64,000 nucleotides of DNA, from assembly GCA_965277805.1 (NCBI GenBank), contig OZ255842.1:2688001-2752000 (forward strand), written 5' to 3'. The position numbers were made by a program, and so were the translations under genes. The stretch comes from Candidatus Lustribacter sp. (GTDB lineage: Bacteria; Vulcanimicrobiota; Vulcanimicrobiia; Vulcanimicrobiales; Vulcanimicrobiaceae). Within the stretch, counting starts at the first letter, position 1. Each line of letters starts with the position of its first letter. The notes under the pieces were generated by a model. It made no database searches. It was given only the letters and a program-made list of their open reading frames with translations, and was not told where the DNA came from. Shown here one piece after another: positions 40,906-49,915 of the stretch.

Positions 40906-41959
40906 GGCTGCCGAACTCCGGAATCACGCGCTCACCGAAGAGCTGCAACGACTTCGTCGCCATGTGCGCCGGCATGCCGGTAACTTGGTGATGCGTCAGC
41001 AAGACATCGTAACCGCAGAGCTGCTGCTGACGTTCGATTGCACGCGCTACGGTCTGCGGGCTTCCGACGAACGCCAGACCCTCGTCAATCCAGAAGTCGT
41101 ACGATTTCGCGGTCTGGATATAGATGCGACCGATTTCCAGCATCTCGGGCGTCTTCTCCGACTCTTTCAAATTGAGCGCCCGGGCGACACCGCGCTGGCC
41201 GGCGAGGCCTTCCAGCATGAACGGCTCGGCTTCCCGGCGCGCGAGGTCGTCCGTTTCCGCGACGTGCACGTGACGCACGAGCAGTTGCCGCGGCGACTTC
41301 TGGTGGCCGTAGGTCTTCCATTGCTCGAGGTAGCTCGCGAACTTCTCGGCGATGACGTTTTCGACGTCCATGTTCTGCGCGAAGCCGAAGCCGCTTGCCG
41401 CTGCATACGTGATCGACGTGGGGCTGTGACCGCCCATCCAGATCGGCGGCGCCGGTTGCTGGTACGGTCGCGGCTGCGGTTGGGCATTCTCGAACGTAAA
41501 GTGCGCGCCGTGGTGGGAGAACAGATCGTTGGTCCACGCTTTCTGAACCACGTCCATGACTTCAAGGCCGAGTTCGCGGCGCTGCGTGAAGTCGATGCCC
41601 CATGGGCCGAACTCGCGCGCTTGCGTCCCGTAGCCGATCGCGAATTCGAGACGTCCGTGCGAAAGCTGATCCACCATCGCCGCATCCTGCGCGAGACGGA
41701 TCGGATGGTGCATCGGCAACTGAAAGACCATCGCGCCGAAGCGCAACGTCGACGTCTCGCGGGCGACCGCGGCGAGATATACGTTCGGTGAGGAAATGAC
41801 CGGAAAGAGCGCGTTCTGGTGCTCGATAAAAAAGTAGTACTCGTACCCCAGCGACTCTGCCGAACGCGCGAGGTCGATGTGCGCATCGTATGCCGCGGCG
41901 AGATCGCCCCGTTGATCGGGTGCGATAGTGTCGAACACACCGAATTCCAACTTGCCCAT
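40868..41959 (-). CDS. Luciferase-like (LLM class) flavin-dependent monooxygenase
   Basis: EHQ, HPIRLAQDAAMVDQLSHGRLE and PRPYQQPAPPIW motifs. Confidence 0.92.
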   Translation of the reverse strand: MGKLEFGVFDTIAPDQRGDLAAAYDAHIDLARSAESLGYEYYFFIEHQNALFPVISSPNVYLAAVARETSTLRFGAMVFQLPMHHPIRLAQDAAMVDQLSHGRLEFAIGYGTQAREFGPWGIDFTQRRELGLEVMDVVQKAWTNDLFSHHGAHFTFENAQPQPRPYQQPAPPIWMGGHSPTSITYAAASGFGFAQNMDVENVIAEKFASYLEQWKTYGHQKSPRQLLVRHVHVAETDDLARREAEPFMLEGLAGQRGVARALNLKESEKTPEMLEIGRIYIQTAKSYDFWIDEGLAFVGSPQTVARAIERQQQLCGYDVLLTHHQVTGMPAHMATKSLQLFGERVIPEFGSLSATAAGLRPVG

Positions 41960-42073
41960 GATCCCAACGTTCGAAGAACCGCGCCGCCTCTGCTTGCGCG
42001 CGCCTTGCCAATATTGTTCAAAAAGTGCTCCCCAGGCGGGGATGGGCCGCCGGTGGCGGCGTAGCTACCGCCG

Positions 42074-42937
42074 ATGAGCGTGGTGTCACCCGCCGATGAA
42101 ATGCTCCCCGTCTCCTCGAGACAAGCCCTTGTCTTGGGCGGTCTGCGGATCGAGCGCGTCCTCATCCATGAAGGCGCGTTTCCGGCGAAGGCGAGCCGCA
42201 AACTCCGCATCGTGGCAACGCTCGGCAACGGCTGGGAAATGCAGATCGACCACGGTCAGCGCATGCGCTACGATCATGGTGAAATTTGCCTGCTACCGCC
42301 GTGGCTCGCACGTCAGTCATTCTTCCGCGCAAGCGGCGACAATTTGCTCATCTCGGTGGATGATTCGTTGTTGATGCGGCTTGCCGGGGAAATCGGCCTC
42401 GACGATCCGTTAGCGTCGCTTCCATTCCAGAAGCTGACCGACGCGACGGTGCACCAATTGATGGCCTCGATCGCTGACGAACTCGGGCCGGGCGGGTATC
42501 GCGGACCGGCGTACACGGAAGCGCTCGCGACCGCGCTGATCGGACATCTGCTCCGCGGCCACTTGCAGGCGTCGAACGTGGTGGTTCACGGAACCGGCCT
42601 CACGCCGCAACGGTTACGGCGCTGCCAGCAGTACATCGAGACCCATCTCGGTGATGAGTTGTCGATCGACGACCTCGCAGCGACCGCCGAGATGAGCCGC
42701 TTCCACTTCACGCGCGCGTTCAAAAAGGCGATGGGTCAAACCCCGCATCGTTACGTCATCGAACGGCGAATCAGCGTCGCGCGCATGATGATGCAGACGA
42801 CGTCGCGTCCGGTCAATGAGATTGCGAACGAACTGGGTTTTTCCAATCAGAGCCATTTCAGCGCGGTATTCAACCAGCTGACCGGCGTGACGCCGTCGGA
42901 GTACCGGCGCAACGGCGCGACCACTAGCACTACATAA
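42074..42937 (+). CDS. AraC-family transcriptional regulator
   Basis: MSRFHFTRAFK and GFSNQSHFS...GVTPSEYR double HTH. Confidence 0.92.
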   Translation: MSVVSPADEMLPVSSRQALVLGGLRIERVLIHEGAFPAKASRKLRIVATLGNGWEMQIDHGQRMRYDHGEICLLPPWLARQSFFRASGDNLLISVDDSLLMRLAGEIGLDDPLASLPFQKLTDATVHQLMASIADELGPGGYRGPAYTEALATALIGHLLRGHLQASNVVVHGTGLTPQRLRRCQQYIETHLGDELSIDDLAATAEMSRFHFTRAFKKAMGQTPHRYVIERRISVARMMMQTTSRPVNEIANELGFSNQSHFSAVFNQLTGVTPSEYRRNGATTSTT

Positions 42938-42947
42938 GGAGATTCGT

Positions 42948-43697
42948 TTGAGCATTGTAACCGAGACGACCACGTATAAAGCTAAGGACGGCGTGCAGGT
43001 CTCAACGTTTGTCGCGCGCCCTGACGGGGCGGGGCCGTATCCGGCGCTGGTCCTCGGCTACGAATTTTGGGGCATGCTCGAGATCCCGGCGGGCGCGCCC
43101 CACATGCGCGACTGCGCCGCGCGGTTTGCGGAAAACGGCTACGTCGCCGCGGTCCCCGACTACTACGCCGCCCGCGGGCAACAGCCGACGATGGAAGGCG
43201 GCACGATCACCGGCTCGCCAAGCGACGAGCAGAGTTCGAGCGACCTCAGCGATGCCGTCGACTGGCTCGAAGGCCTGCCGTATGTCGACGGCGCGCGGAT
43301 CGGGGTCGTCGGCTGGTGCGGCGGCGGCCGGCAAGCGTGGTTCTTGGCCGCGCGCAGCAAGAAGATCCGCGCTGCCGCATCCTTCTACGGCCGTCCGATC
43401 AATCGTCCGACGATGCACGGACCCTCACCGATCGATCTGATACCGCAGATGAACTGCGCGCTCTTCGGCGGTTACGGCGCGGCCGATGCCGGGATCCCGG
43501 TCGAGTCGGTCGAGAAGTTTCGCGACGCGCTGCTCGCGCAAGGCAAGACGGCCGAGATCCACATCTATCCGAACGGAAAACACGCGTTCATGAACGACCG
43601 CCGTCCGGAAGGCTACGATCGCGAATCAGCCAACGCCGGCTGGAACGACGTGCTCGATTTCTTCGAACGCTACCTGAAAGTGCCGGTACCTGCGTAG
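42948..43697 (+). CDS. Dienelactone hydrolase-family protein
   Basis: GWCGGG nucleophile elbow, Asp in GAADAGIP, HAF; AAGGAG RBS before a TTG start. Confidence 0.9.
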   Translation: MSIVTETTTYKAKDGVQVSTFVARPDGAGPYPALVLGYEFWGMLEIPAGAPHMRDCAARFAENGYVAAVPDYYAARGQQPTMEGGTITGSPSDEQSSSDLSDAVDWLEGLPYVDGARIGVVGWCGGGRQAWFLAARSKKIRAAASFYGRPINRPTMHGPSPIDLIPQMNCALFGGYGAADAGIPVESVEKFRDALLAQGKTAEIHIYPNGKHAFMNDRRPEGYDRESANAGWNDVLDFFERYLKVPVPA

Positions 43698-43699
43698 CG

Positions 43700-44188
43700 C
43701 TATTGCCACACGCCGCCGAAGAGAAGTCCCGGATAGAGCGGCAACTGCAAGACCTTGTAAAACATACCGTAGACGAACAGGGTCACCGCAACCGCGGTGG
43801 CTCCGCTCGTCACGAACCCCCGCTGCGCGCGCCAGCGCAGCGAGGCGAAGACGAACACCGGCACCGACGCTAACACGCCGATCAGCGTGAACCCGGCGAT
43901 GAGTGCGAGAATCGGCGCAACACCGATCCAGAATGCGCGCGCGGGGCTGGTGCTTTGGGCTTCAACCGGAACCAGTGCCGCCGGATTGAGGGCACTCGTC
44001 AGCGCTCGACCGGCCGGCATATCGGTGCGTGCGACGATGTCCAGCGTGACGAACACCAACGTCATCCACCCGACCAGCAGCGGCATCGCGCGCGCGACCG
44101 GTCCGAGCCGATAGGCGGCGATGATGAACGCCGCGGTGACGAGCCAGATCACGCCCGGCACGATGAACGTGCGCATCGCTGCCGGCAT
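43700..44188 (-). CDS. tctB: TctB-like small membrane subunit
   Basis: Four hydrophobic helices, ends LQLPLYPG; TGATG coupling to tctA. Confidence 0.75.
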   Translation of the reverse strand: MPAAMRTFIVPGVIWLVTAAFIIAAYRLGPVARAMPLLVGWMTLVFVTLDIVARTDMPAGRALTSALNPAALVPVEAQSTSPARAFWIGVAPILALIAGFTLIGVLASVPVFVFASLRWRAQRGFVTSGATAVAVTLFVYGMFYKVLQLPLYPGLLFGGVWQ

Positions 44189-45684
44189 CAGCTCTGTCGC
44201 GCCTTGTGCAATGCGAAACGCGCCGGCGGCACGACCAGCGCAGCGACGATGAGCACGGCCAACGTCACCGAAATCGGGCTCGCGACGAAAATGCCCCAGC
44301 TGCCGTCCGAGATCATCAGGGACTGGTGATAGCTGCGCTCGATGATGCCGCCGAGTACCATGCCGATGACGATTGTGAGGCGCGGGTAATCCTGACGGAT
44401 CAGGACGTAACCGAACACGCCGAAGACGCCGCTGACGATGACGTTGCCGATGCTTTGATCGATCGAGTACGAACCGACGAGCGCGAGGCACACGACGATC
44501 GGCACCAGCACCCGCGTGGGCACGAGCGTGATCGCCGCTAACGGACGAACGCAGAGCAAGCCGATGAAGGATGCCAGCACGCACGCGAGCGTAAGCGCCC
44601 AGACGATGCCGTAGATTTCCGGCTGATGATCGATCAGCATCGACGGGCCGGGCTGGAGTCCGTGCAGCATCAAGATGCCGAGAAATACTGCCATCTCGGC
44701 GCCGGCCGGGATGCCGAAGCCGAGTGTCGGGATGAGATGGCTGCCGTCACTTGCGTTGATCGCCGATTCCGCCGCGATCACGCCCTCGATGTAGCCCTTC
44801 CCGAACGTCTCCGGCTGTTTCGACACTTGCGACGTGATCGAGTAGGAAAGAAACGCCGCTACCGTGCCGCCGACGCCGGGTACGGCGCCGACGACGGTGC
44901 CGATCAGCGAACCGCGCAGCACGGTCGGCCAATGACGGAGCGTTTCCATCAAACCGGCCGTCATGCGCTCGACTTTCACGTGGGCGTCGGCGTTCGAAAC
45001 GATCGCGCCGCCCTTCACCGACAAGTTGATCATCTCGGCAATCGCAAACAGCCCAATCAGCGCCGGCACGATGCGCACGCCGCTCCAGAGGTACTGGCTC
45101 CCGAGCGTGAAGCGCAGTTCGCCGGTCACCAAGTCCTGCCCGATGCAAGCGATCATGAGGCCGAGGCCCGCGGTCACGAGCCCGCGCAGCATCTTGCCGC
45201 GCGATGACAACGCGACGACGACGAGCCCCAGCATGCCGAGCAAGAAGAATTCCGGCGGACGAAACAGCAGCACGATCCGGCGCGCCAGCGGCATGACGAC
45301 CAGCACCGAGATCGTTCCGATCAACCCGCCGATCGAATTCGAACTCGCCGCGGCGCCGATCGCGAGCCCCGCCTTGCCTTGGCGCGCGAGCGGATAACCG
45401 TCGATCAACGTGGCGGCGCTCGGCGCCGCGCCGGGCGTGTTCAGCAAAATGGCGGTGATCGAACTGCCCATCGGCACCGCGCCCATCACGCCGCACGCAA
45501 ACGCGATCGCGCCGAAGGAATCCATGCCGTACGTCAACGGAACGGCGAGCGCGATCGCGGTCGCGCCGCCGATCCCCGGTAGCGCACCAACGAACAACCC
45601 GTAGGCCATGCCGAGCGCGAGCAACAGGAGTTGCACCGGATGAACGAGGCTCGCGAACCCCGTCCACCAGGCTTGCCAGATCAC
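44188..45684 (-). CDS. tctA: Tripartite tricarboxylate transporter permease
   Basis: GALPGIG, ILLNTPG, DGYPLARQG, FGKG and GIP motifs. Confidence 0.92.
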   Translation of the reverse strand: MIWQAWWTGFASLVHPVQLLLLALGMAYGLFVGALPGIGGATAIALAVPLTYGMDSFGAIAFACGVMGAVPMGSSITAILLNTPGAAPSAATLIDGYPLARQGKAGLAIGAAASSNSIGGLIGTISVLVVMPLARRIVLLFRPPEFFLLGMLGLVVVALSSRGKMLRGLVTAGLGLMIACIGQDLVTGELRFTLGSQYLWSGVRIVPALIGLFAIAEMINLSVKGGAIVSNADAHVKVERMTAGLMETLRHWPTVLRGSLIGTVVGAVPGVGGTVAAFLSYSITSQVSKQPETFGKGYIEGVIAAESAINASDGSHLIPTLGFGIPAGAEMAVFLGILMLHGLQPGPSMLIDHQPEIYGIVWALTLACVLASFIGLLCVRPLAAITLVPTRVLVPIVVCLALVGSYSIDQSIGNVIVSGVFGVFGYVLIRQDYPRLTIVIGMVLGGIIERSYHQSLMISDGSWGIFVASPISVTLAVLIVAALVVPPARFALHKARQS

Positions 45685-46640
45685 GGCTTCCCGATAAGCT
45701 CCGCATTCTTGACGAAGAATGCGTGTTGCGTGGCCACCACGGCCGCGGCTTGGGCTGCATTGCCGGGGGCGAGATTTGCGCTAGCCGTTTTCGCACGTTC
45801 CTGTGTGTCGGGATCGCGAATGGCCGCCGCGATCGCGTCGCTGAGACGTTTGCGAATATCCGGCGGCAGCCCGGGCGGTGCGCCGACGAGCGTGTCGAGC
45901 GAGATCTTCGCGAGGTCGGTCTGATGCACGGCACGAGAATTCGGCACGCCCGGCACCGCGTTGCCGTCATCGAAGGACAGCAGCAGCTTCACCTGATGCG
46001 AAGTGATGTACGGCGAGAGCGCGGTCAGGTTGGTGATCACGGCATCGCCGTCACCGCGAATGACGCCGAGGATGTATTCGGGCGCACTCGGGTAGCCGGT
46101 GATGATCTTCCCGTTCAATCCGAGCCGCCGCATCGCGAGCTGCGTGGCGGCGTACGCCGTCGAGCCGGGGCCGGCGCTGGTGAACGATACCGGGCGACCG
46201 AGAGTCTTCAGTCCTGCAATGGAGGTGACCGGCGAATTCGCCGCGACCGCCAACCCATACGTCTCGTGCGCGACGCGGCCGAGCCAGGTGTATTTGTCGA
46301 TGTCGAAGTCGGTGCTGCCCATCAACTGCAGGAGCAACGTTCCGGGCATCGCGACGATGCCGATCGTGTAGCCGTCCGGTCGTGCTTTGTAGAGCTGCGT
46401 CGGCGCGACCGGTCCCGCGTTGAAGTTCTGCGGGAGAATCGTCACGCCCAGTGCCTTCTGCAGTGCGGGAATCAAGAGCCGCGCGCTGATGTCGTACGCG
46501 CCGCCCGGAGCGGCCGGGATGATGAACGTGATCGGCTTTGTCGGGTAATCGGCGGCGCGAACTCCGGTGATAGCAGTCAGGATAACGGCGATCACGATCG
46601 CCGGGAGAAGTAACCGCCGCACCGCCGCCGGGACCTTCAT
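45681..46640 (-). CDS. tctC: Tripartite tricarboxylate transporter binding protein (Bug/TctC)
   Basis: YPTKPITFIIPAAPGGAYD...AR and PDGYT motifs. Confidence 0.92.
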   Translation of the reverse strand: MKVPAAVRRLLLPAIVIAVILTAITGVRAADYPTKPITFIIPAAPGGAYDISARLLIPALQKALGVTILPQNFNAGPVAPTQLYKARPDGYTIGIVAMPGTLLLQLMGSTDFDIDKYTWLGRVAHETYGLAVAANSPVTSIAGLKTLGRPVSFTSAGPGSTAYAATQLAMRRLGLNGKIITGYPSAPEYILGVIRGDGDAVITNLTALSPYITSHQVKLLLSFDDGNAVPGVPNSRAVHQTDLAKISLDTLVGAPPGLPPDIRKRLSDAIAAAIRDPDTQERAKTASANLAPGNAAQAAAVVATQHAFFVKNAELIGKP

Positions 46641-47278
46641 GCTAACTCCTCGCCGTTGTACATCCACGGCCGATCCGTACTTGCTTGCCGGTAGAAACGC
46701 TCGATCTCGCCGAGCGACTGCAGCGTCGTGTCGATTTCATCGAGGCCGTCGCGCAATTGACGGCGGCGAAATTCGGGCAGCGCGAAGGTGAGCTTTCGTC
46801 CGCGCGGCGAGATGAGGGTGAGGTTTTCGAGATCGAGCGTGAGCAGCGCGCCCGGAGCGCCGGCCGCGCACTCATCCGCCAACTGTACCGTCTCGCTCTC
46901 GTCGAGTTCGATCGGGACGATCCCGTTCTTGAAGCAGCCCGATTGGAACAGCGGACCGAAGCTCGGAGCGATGACGGCGCGAACGCCGAACGCGAGCAGC
47001 GCCCACACCGCGTGCTCGCGCGCGCTGCCGCAGCCGAAGTTCGGCCCCGCGATAACGAACCGCGCTTCGCGAAACGGCGGCCGGTTTAGGACGAAGTCCG
47101 TCACTTCCGTACCGTCATCGTTGAAGCGCCAGAAACGGAAGAGGTCGGTCGACTTCACCGATTCGGCCGCACCTTGCGTTGCAGCGCCACCCTTTTCGGC
47201 CGGCGTGCGCGGAGCGATGATCATCGGGTCGATGTTCGGGCGCAGGATCGCTGCAGCCGCGCCGGTCACTTCGCTCAT
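46637..47278 (-). CDS. LeuD-like small subunit of an aconitase-family hydro-lyase
   Basis: NFGCGSAREHAVWAL and GLDEI motifs; ATGA overlaps at both ends. Confidence 0.88.
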   Translation of the reverse strand: MSEVTGAAAAILRPNIDPMIIAPRTPAEKGGAATQGAAESVKSTDLFRFWRFNDDGTEVTDFVLNRPPFREARFVIAGPNFGCGSAREHAVWALLAFGVRAVIAPSFGPLFQSGCFKNGIVPIELDESETVQLADECAAGAPGALLTLDLENLTLISPRGRKLTFALPEFRRRQLRDGLDEIDTTLQSLGEIERFYRQASTDRPWMYNGEELA

Positions 47279-48684
47279 GACGCGAACTCCCGGACGTCGA
47301 CGATGTGTCCGGCCACGGCAACGGCCGCGGCAGTCGCCGGGCTCGCAACGTGCGTGATGCTTTGCGGACCTTGACGATTCGGGAAGTTTCGCGCGATCGT
47401 TGACACCGCGCGCTTGCGCGGACCGAGCAGCTCCGTGAAGCCGTTGCCTTGACCGCCGCACATCGAGCAGCCGGGCTCACCCCAGTGGAAGCCTGCGGCT
47501 CGAAAAATGACGTCGAGCCCCTCGGCCTCCGCTTGACGCTTCACCGCTTTCGATCCCGGAATGACCCACGCATCGAGCGACTTCGCAACCGTGCGGCCTT
47601 TGGCAACGGCGGCGGCGCTGCGCAGATCCGAGATGCGATTGTTCGCGCACGAGCCGATGAAGACGAAATCCACCGGCGTTCCGGCTATCGGTGCGCCCGG
47701 CGCGAGGTTCGTATAAGCCAGCGCTGCTTCGAGCACGGCGCGCCGTTCGCTATCCGGCTCGTTGGCGGGATCGGGAACGTTCTCGCTAATTCCGATGACG
47801 AAATCGGGCGCTGGACCCCACGTGATCAGCGGCTCGACGCGGCTGACATCGATCGTGACGTCGCGGTCGAACGCGGCGTCGCCGTCCGACCCGAGCTGCA
47901 GCCAATCGCGCACCGCCGCATCCCAATCGTCGGTCGACGGCGCATATTTGCGGCCCTTGAGGTAATCGACGGTCGTGTTATCGGGTGCGATCATCACCAC
48001 CCGCGAGCCGAGTTCGACGCCGACGTTGCAGCACGTCAGGCGGCCTTCCATCGGCATCGCGCGGATCACGGGCCCGGCAAGTTCAACCGCGTAACCGGCA
48101 GCGCCGGCGATGCTCAGCTCGCGCAGCACGTGCAGCATCATGTCCTTCGCGGTAATGCCGGCGCCGGGCGTTCCTACGAGCGAAATCCGCATCACCGGCG
48201 GCTTCTTGAGGATGACGGTTTGGGTGGCGAGCGTGTGCAGCACGTCGCTCGCTGTCGAGGCCCACGCCATCGCACCGAGCGCGCCCGAGGTGCATGCGTG
48301 ACTGTCGAGCACGGTGAACGTGCTTCCCGGCCAGACGATCGCGAGTTCCGGCGCGACGATGCTGGTGATGCCCTGATCGAGATCGTCCGCGTCGAAATGC
48401 GTGGCTCCGAATTGCGTCGCTTTGTCGTGCATCATCGTGGTCCAGGAGTTGCGCCGCGAGGCGGCTTGCGCAGGACCTTCAACGAGCGTGGGTACCGTGT
48501 GGTCGGACACGGCAAACGTGCGCTTGGGAAAGCGCAGCGGCAGACCGCGTTCTGCGAGTTGCACGAACTGCGGGGACGAGAGGTCGGTGAGCATCTGCGC
48601 GTCGACGAAAATGAGGCCGAAGCCGTCACCTAGATCCTTGACCAAATGGCGGTCCCAGATTTTCTCGAACAGCGTTTTGCCCAT
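47275..48684 (-). CDS. LeuC-like large subunit of an aconitase-family hydro-lyase (divergent)
   Basis: KTLFEKIWD, DSH, FIGSC and PGCSMC with three cluster Cys residues. Confidence 0.9.
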   Translation of the reverse strand: MGKTLFEKIWDRHLVKDLGDGFGLIFVDAQMLTDLSSPQFVQLAERGLPLRFPKRTFAVSDHTVPTLVEGPAQAASRRNSWTTMMHDKATQFGATHFDADDLDQGITSIVAPELAIVWPGSTFTVLDSHACTSGALGAMAWASTASDVLHTLATQTVILKKPPVMRISLVGTPGAGITAKDMMLHVLRELSIAGAAGYAVELAGPVIRAMPMEGRLTCCNVGVELGSRVVMIAPDNTTVDYLKGRKYAPSTDDWDAAVRDWLQLGSDGDAAFDRDVTIDVSRVEPLITWGPAPDFVIGISENVPDPANEPDSERRAVLEAALAYTNLAPGAPIAGTPVDFVFIGSCANNRISDLRSAAAVAKGRTVAKSLDAWVIPGSKAVKRQAEAEGLDVIFRAAGFHWGEPGCSMCGGQGNGFTELLGPRKRAVSTIARNFPNRQGPQSITHVASPATAAAVAVAGHIVDVREFAS

Positions 48685-48746
48685 CACGCTGGCGGCTTCG
48701 CGCAGCCCTCCTGGGGGTCCGCCCGATTCTTGGGTATGCGTTCGGC

Positions 48747-48914
48747 ATGGATACAAAGAACGTACCGGCAGACGATGACTTTGAGGACGAAATCGAACGG
48801 GCGGTCGAAGACAAGCGCGAGGGTGTCCTGGCGGCGGACGCTACCGGCATGGTCCAAAGCGAAGAGACACACGTCGTCGAACTGGTCGATGGGGAAGACA
48901 TCCCGCCTACGTAG
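48747..48914 (+). CDS. Small acidic hypothetical protein (55 aa)
   Basis: MDTKNVPADDDFEDEIERAVEDKREG...DIPPT; below the ORF-track cutoff; stop lies 3 nt before the next start. Confidence 0.55.
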   Translation: MDTKNVPADDDFEDEIERAVEDKREGVLAADATGMVQSEETHVVELVDGEDIPPT

Positions 48915-48917
48915 TTC

Positions 48918-49886
48918 GTGCGCTTCGCGGTAGGCGTCAACTACGCTCCCGATGATGCTGGCACGATCCAAGCGGATCTTGCCGGCATCGCCGCGGCGGG
49001 TATCACCGACGTGCGATTTTTGGTGCCCTGGGATGGACCGCCGTCGGTGGTCGATGATCTCGAGTCGCTGGTCGGCCGCGTTGCCGACGCGGGTCTTCGG
49101 TGTCTGCCGTCGCTGACGTGCAGTCCGGGCATCGGGAACATTTACGGCGGAGCGTTACTCGAACGGCAAGTCGCTTTTGCGCACGATGCGGGTTCGCGGT
49201 TGCGGGCGCATCCGGCGATCACGGCTTGGGATATCGGACATGCGTTTACGTTTGCGAGCCCGCCGCCGGGCGGCAAACTCAGTACAGGCGAGCATGGGAG
49301 CGAGCCCGTGGCGGAACGCATGCTCGCGGGCTGGTCGAAGAAACTCGCCGATTCGTTTCGCACGTCGTCGGCGCTACCGGCGACCGTCGGCACGACGAGC
49401 GATGATCTCATGCATGATAACAACGTGCGCCTTGCGACGCTGTGCGCTCCGCTGCGGTTTGCGTCGATGCAAGGGTCGAACGTGTCGTTGCCGTTCGTTC
49501 GCGATCGCCTCGATGCTGAAGCGCTGCCGTTTCTTGCGATGATCACGGCGGGATTCTCGTACAAGCCGGTGCTTGTTAGCGGGTTTGGAAATCCGTCCTA
49601 TCCGTATTATACGGATGAAGAGAACGCTGCGTATTGCACGGCGGTGCTCGCGCGGCTACATCAGGACGGGCGGCTCGGTGCGTATTGGTTCAACTGGCCG
49701 GGGAGTGATAGCCCCGTGACGGCCGCGCTTGGGGCGTTCGCGCGTGAGGGACGGGAGAGGGTGACGGCGCGGGATATGCCGATGATCTCGAGCACGTATT
49801 ATTATCGCACGCTGCCGACCAGCACGCAGACGTTGTATGACGCGTTTCTCGGGTTTATCGAAGAACGTCGCACAATGTCACCCTGA
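48918..49886 (+). CDS. Clan GH-A (GH5-like) fold protein lacking apparent catalytic glutamates
   Basis: GVNY, DVRFLVPW, HPAITAWDIG, PVLVSGFG and GAYWFNW follow GH5 barrel strand order. Confidence 0.65.
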   Translation: MRFAVGVNYAPDDAGTIQADLAGIAAAGITDVRFLVPWDGPPSVVDDLESLVGRVADAGLRCLPSLTCSPGIGNIYGGALLERQVAFAHDAGSRLRAHPAITAWDIGHAFTFASPPPGGKLSTGEHGSEPVAERMLAGWSKKLADSFRTSSALPATVGTTSDDLMHDNNVRLATLCAPLRFASMQGSNVSLPFVRDRLDAEALPFLAMITAGFSYKPVLVSGFGNPSYPYYTDEENAAYCTAVLARLHQDGRLGAYWFNWPGSDSPVTAALGAFAREGRERVTARDMPMISSTYYYRTLPTSTQTLYDAFLGFIEERRTMSP

Positions 49887-49915
49887 GGGATGACATATGT
49901 TCACGGCACCGGTGA

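Noticed and set aside
46637-48684. Leucine biosynthesis leuCD
   Set aside because: Substrate motifs diverge, no leuA or leuB nearby, and the genes are coupled to a TTT importer, so symbols were withheld.
48684-48971. 95-aa minus-strand ORF upstream of the leuC-like gene
   Set aside because: Overlaps the GH5-like start; the plus-strand 55-aa ORF fits the operon layout better, though neither is proven.
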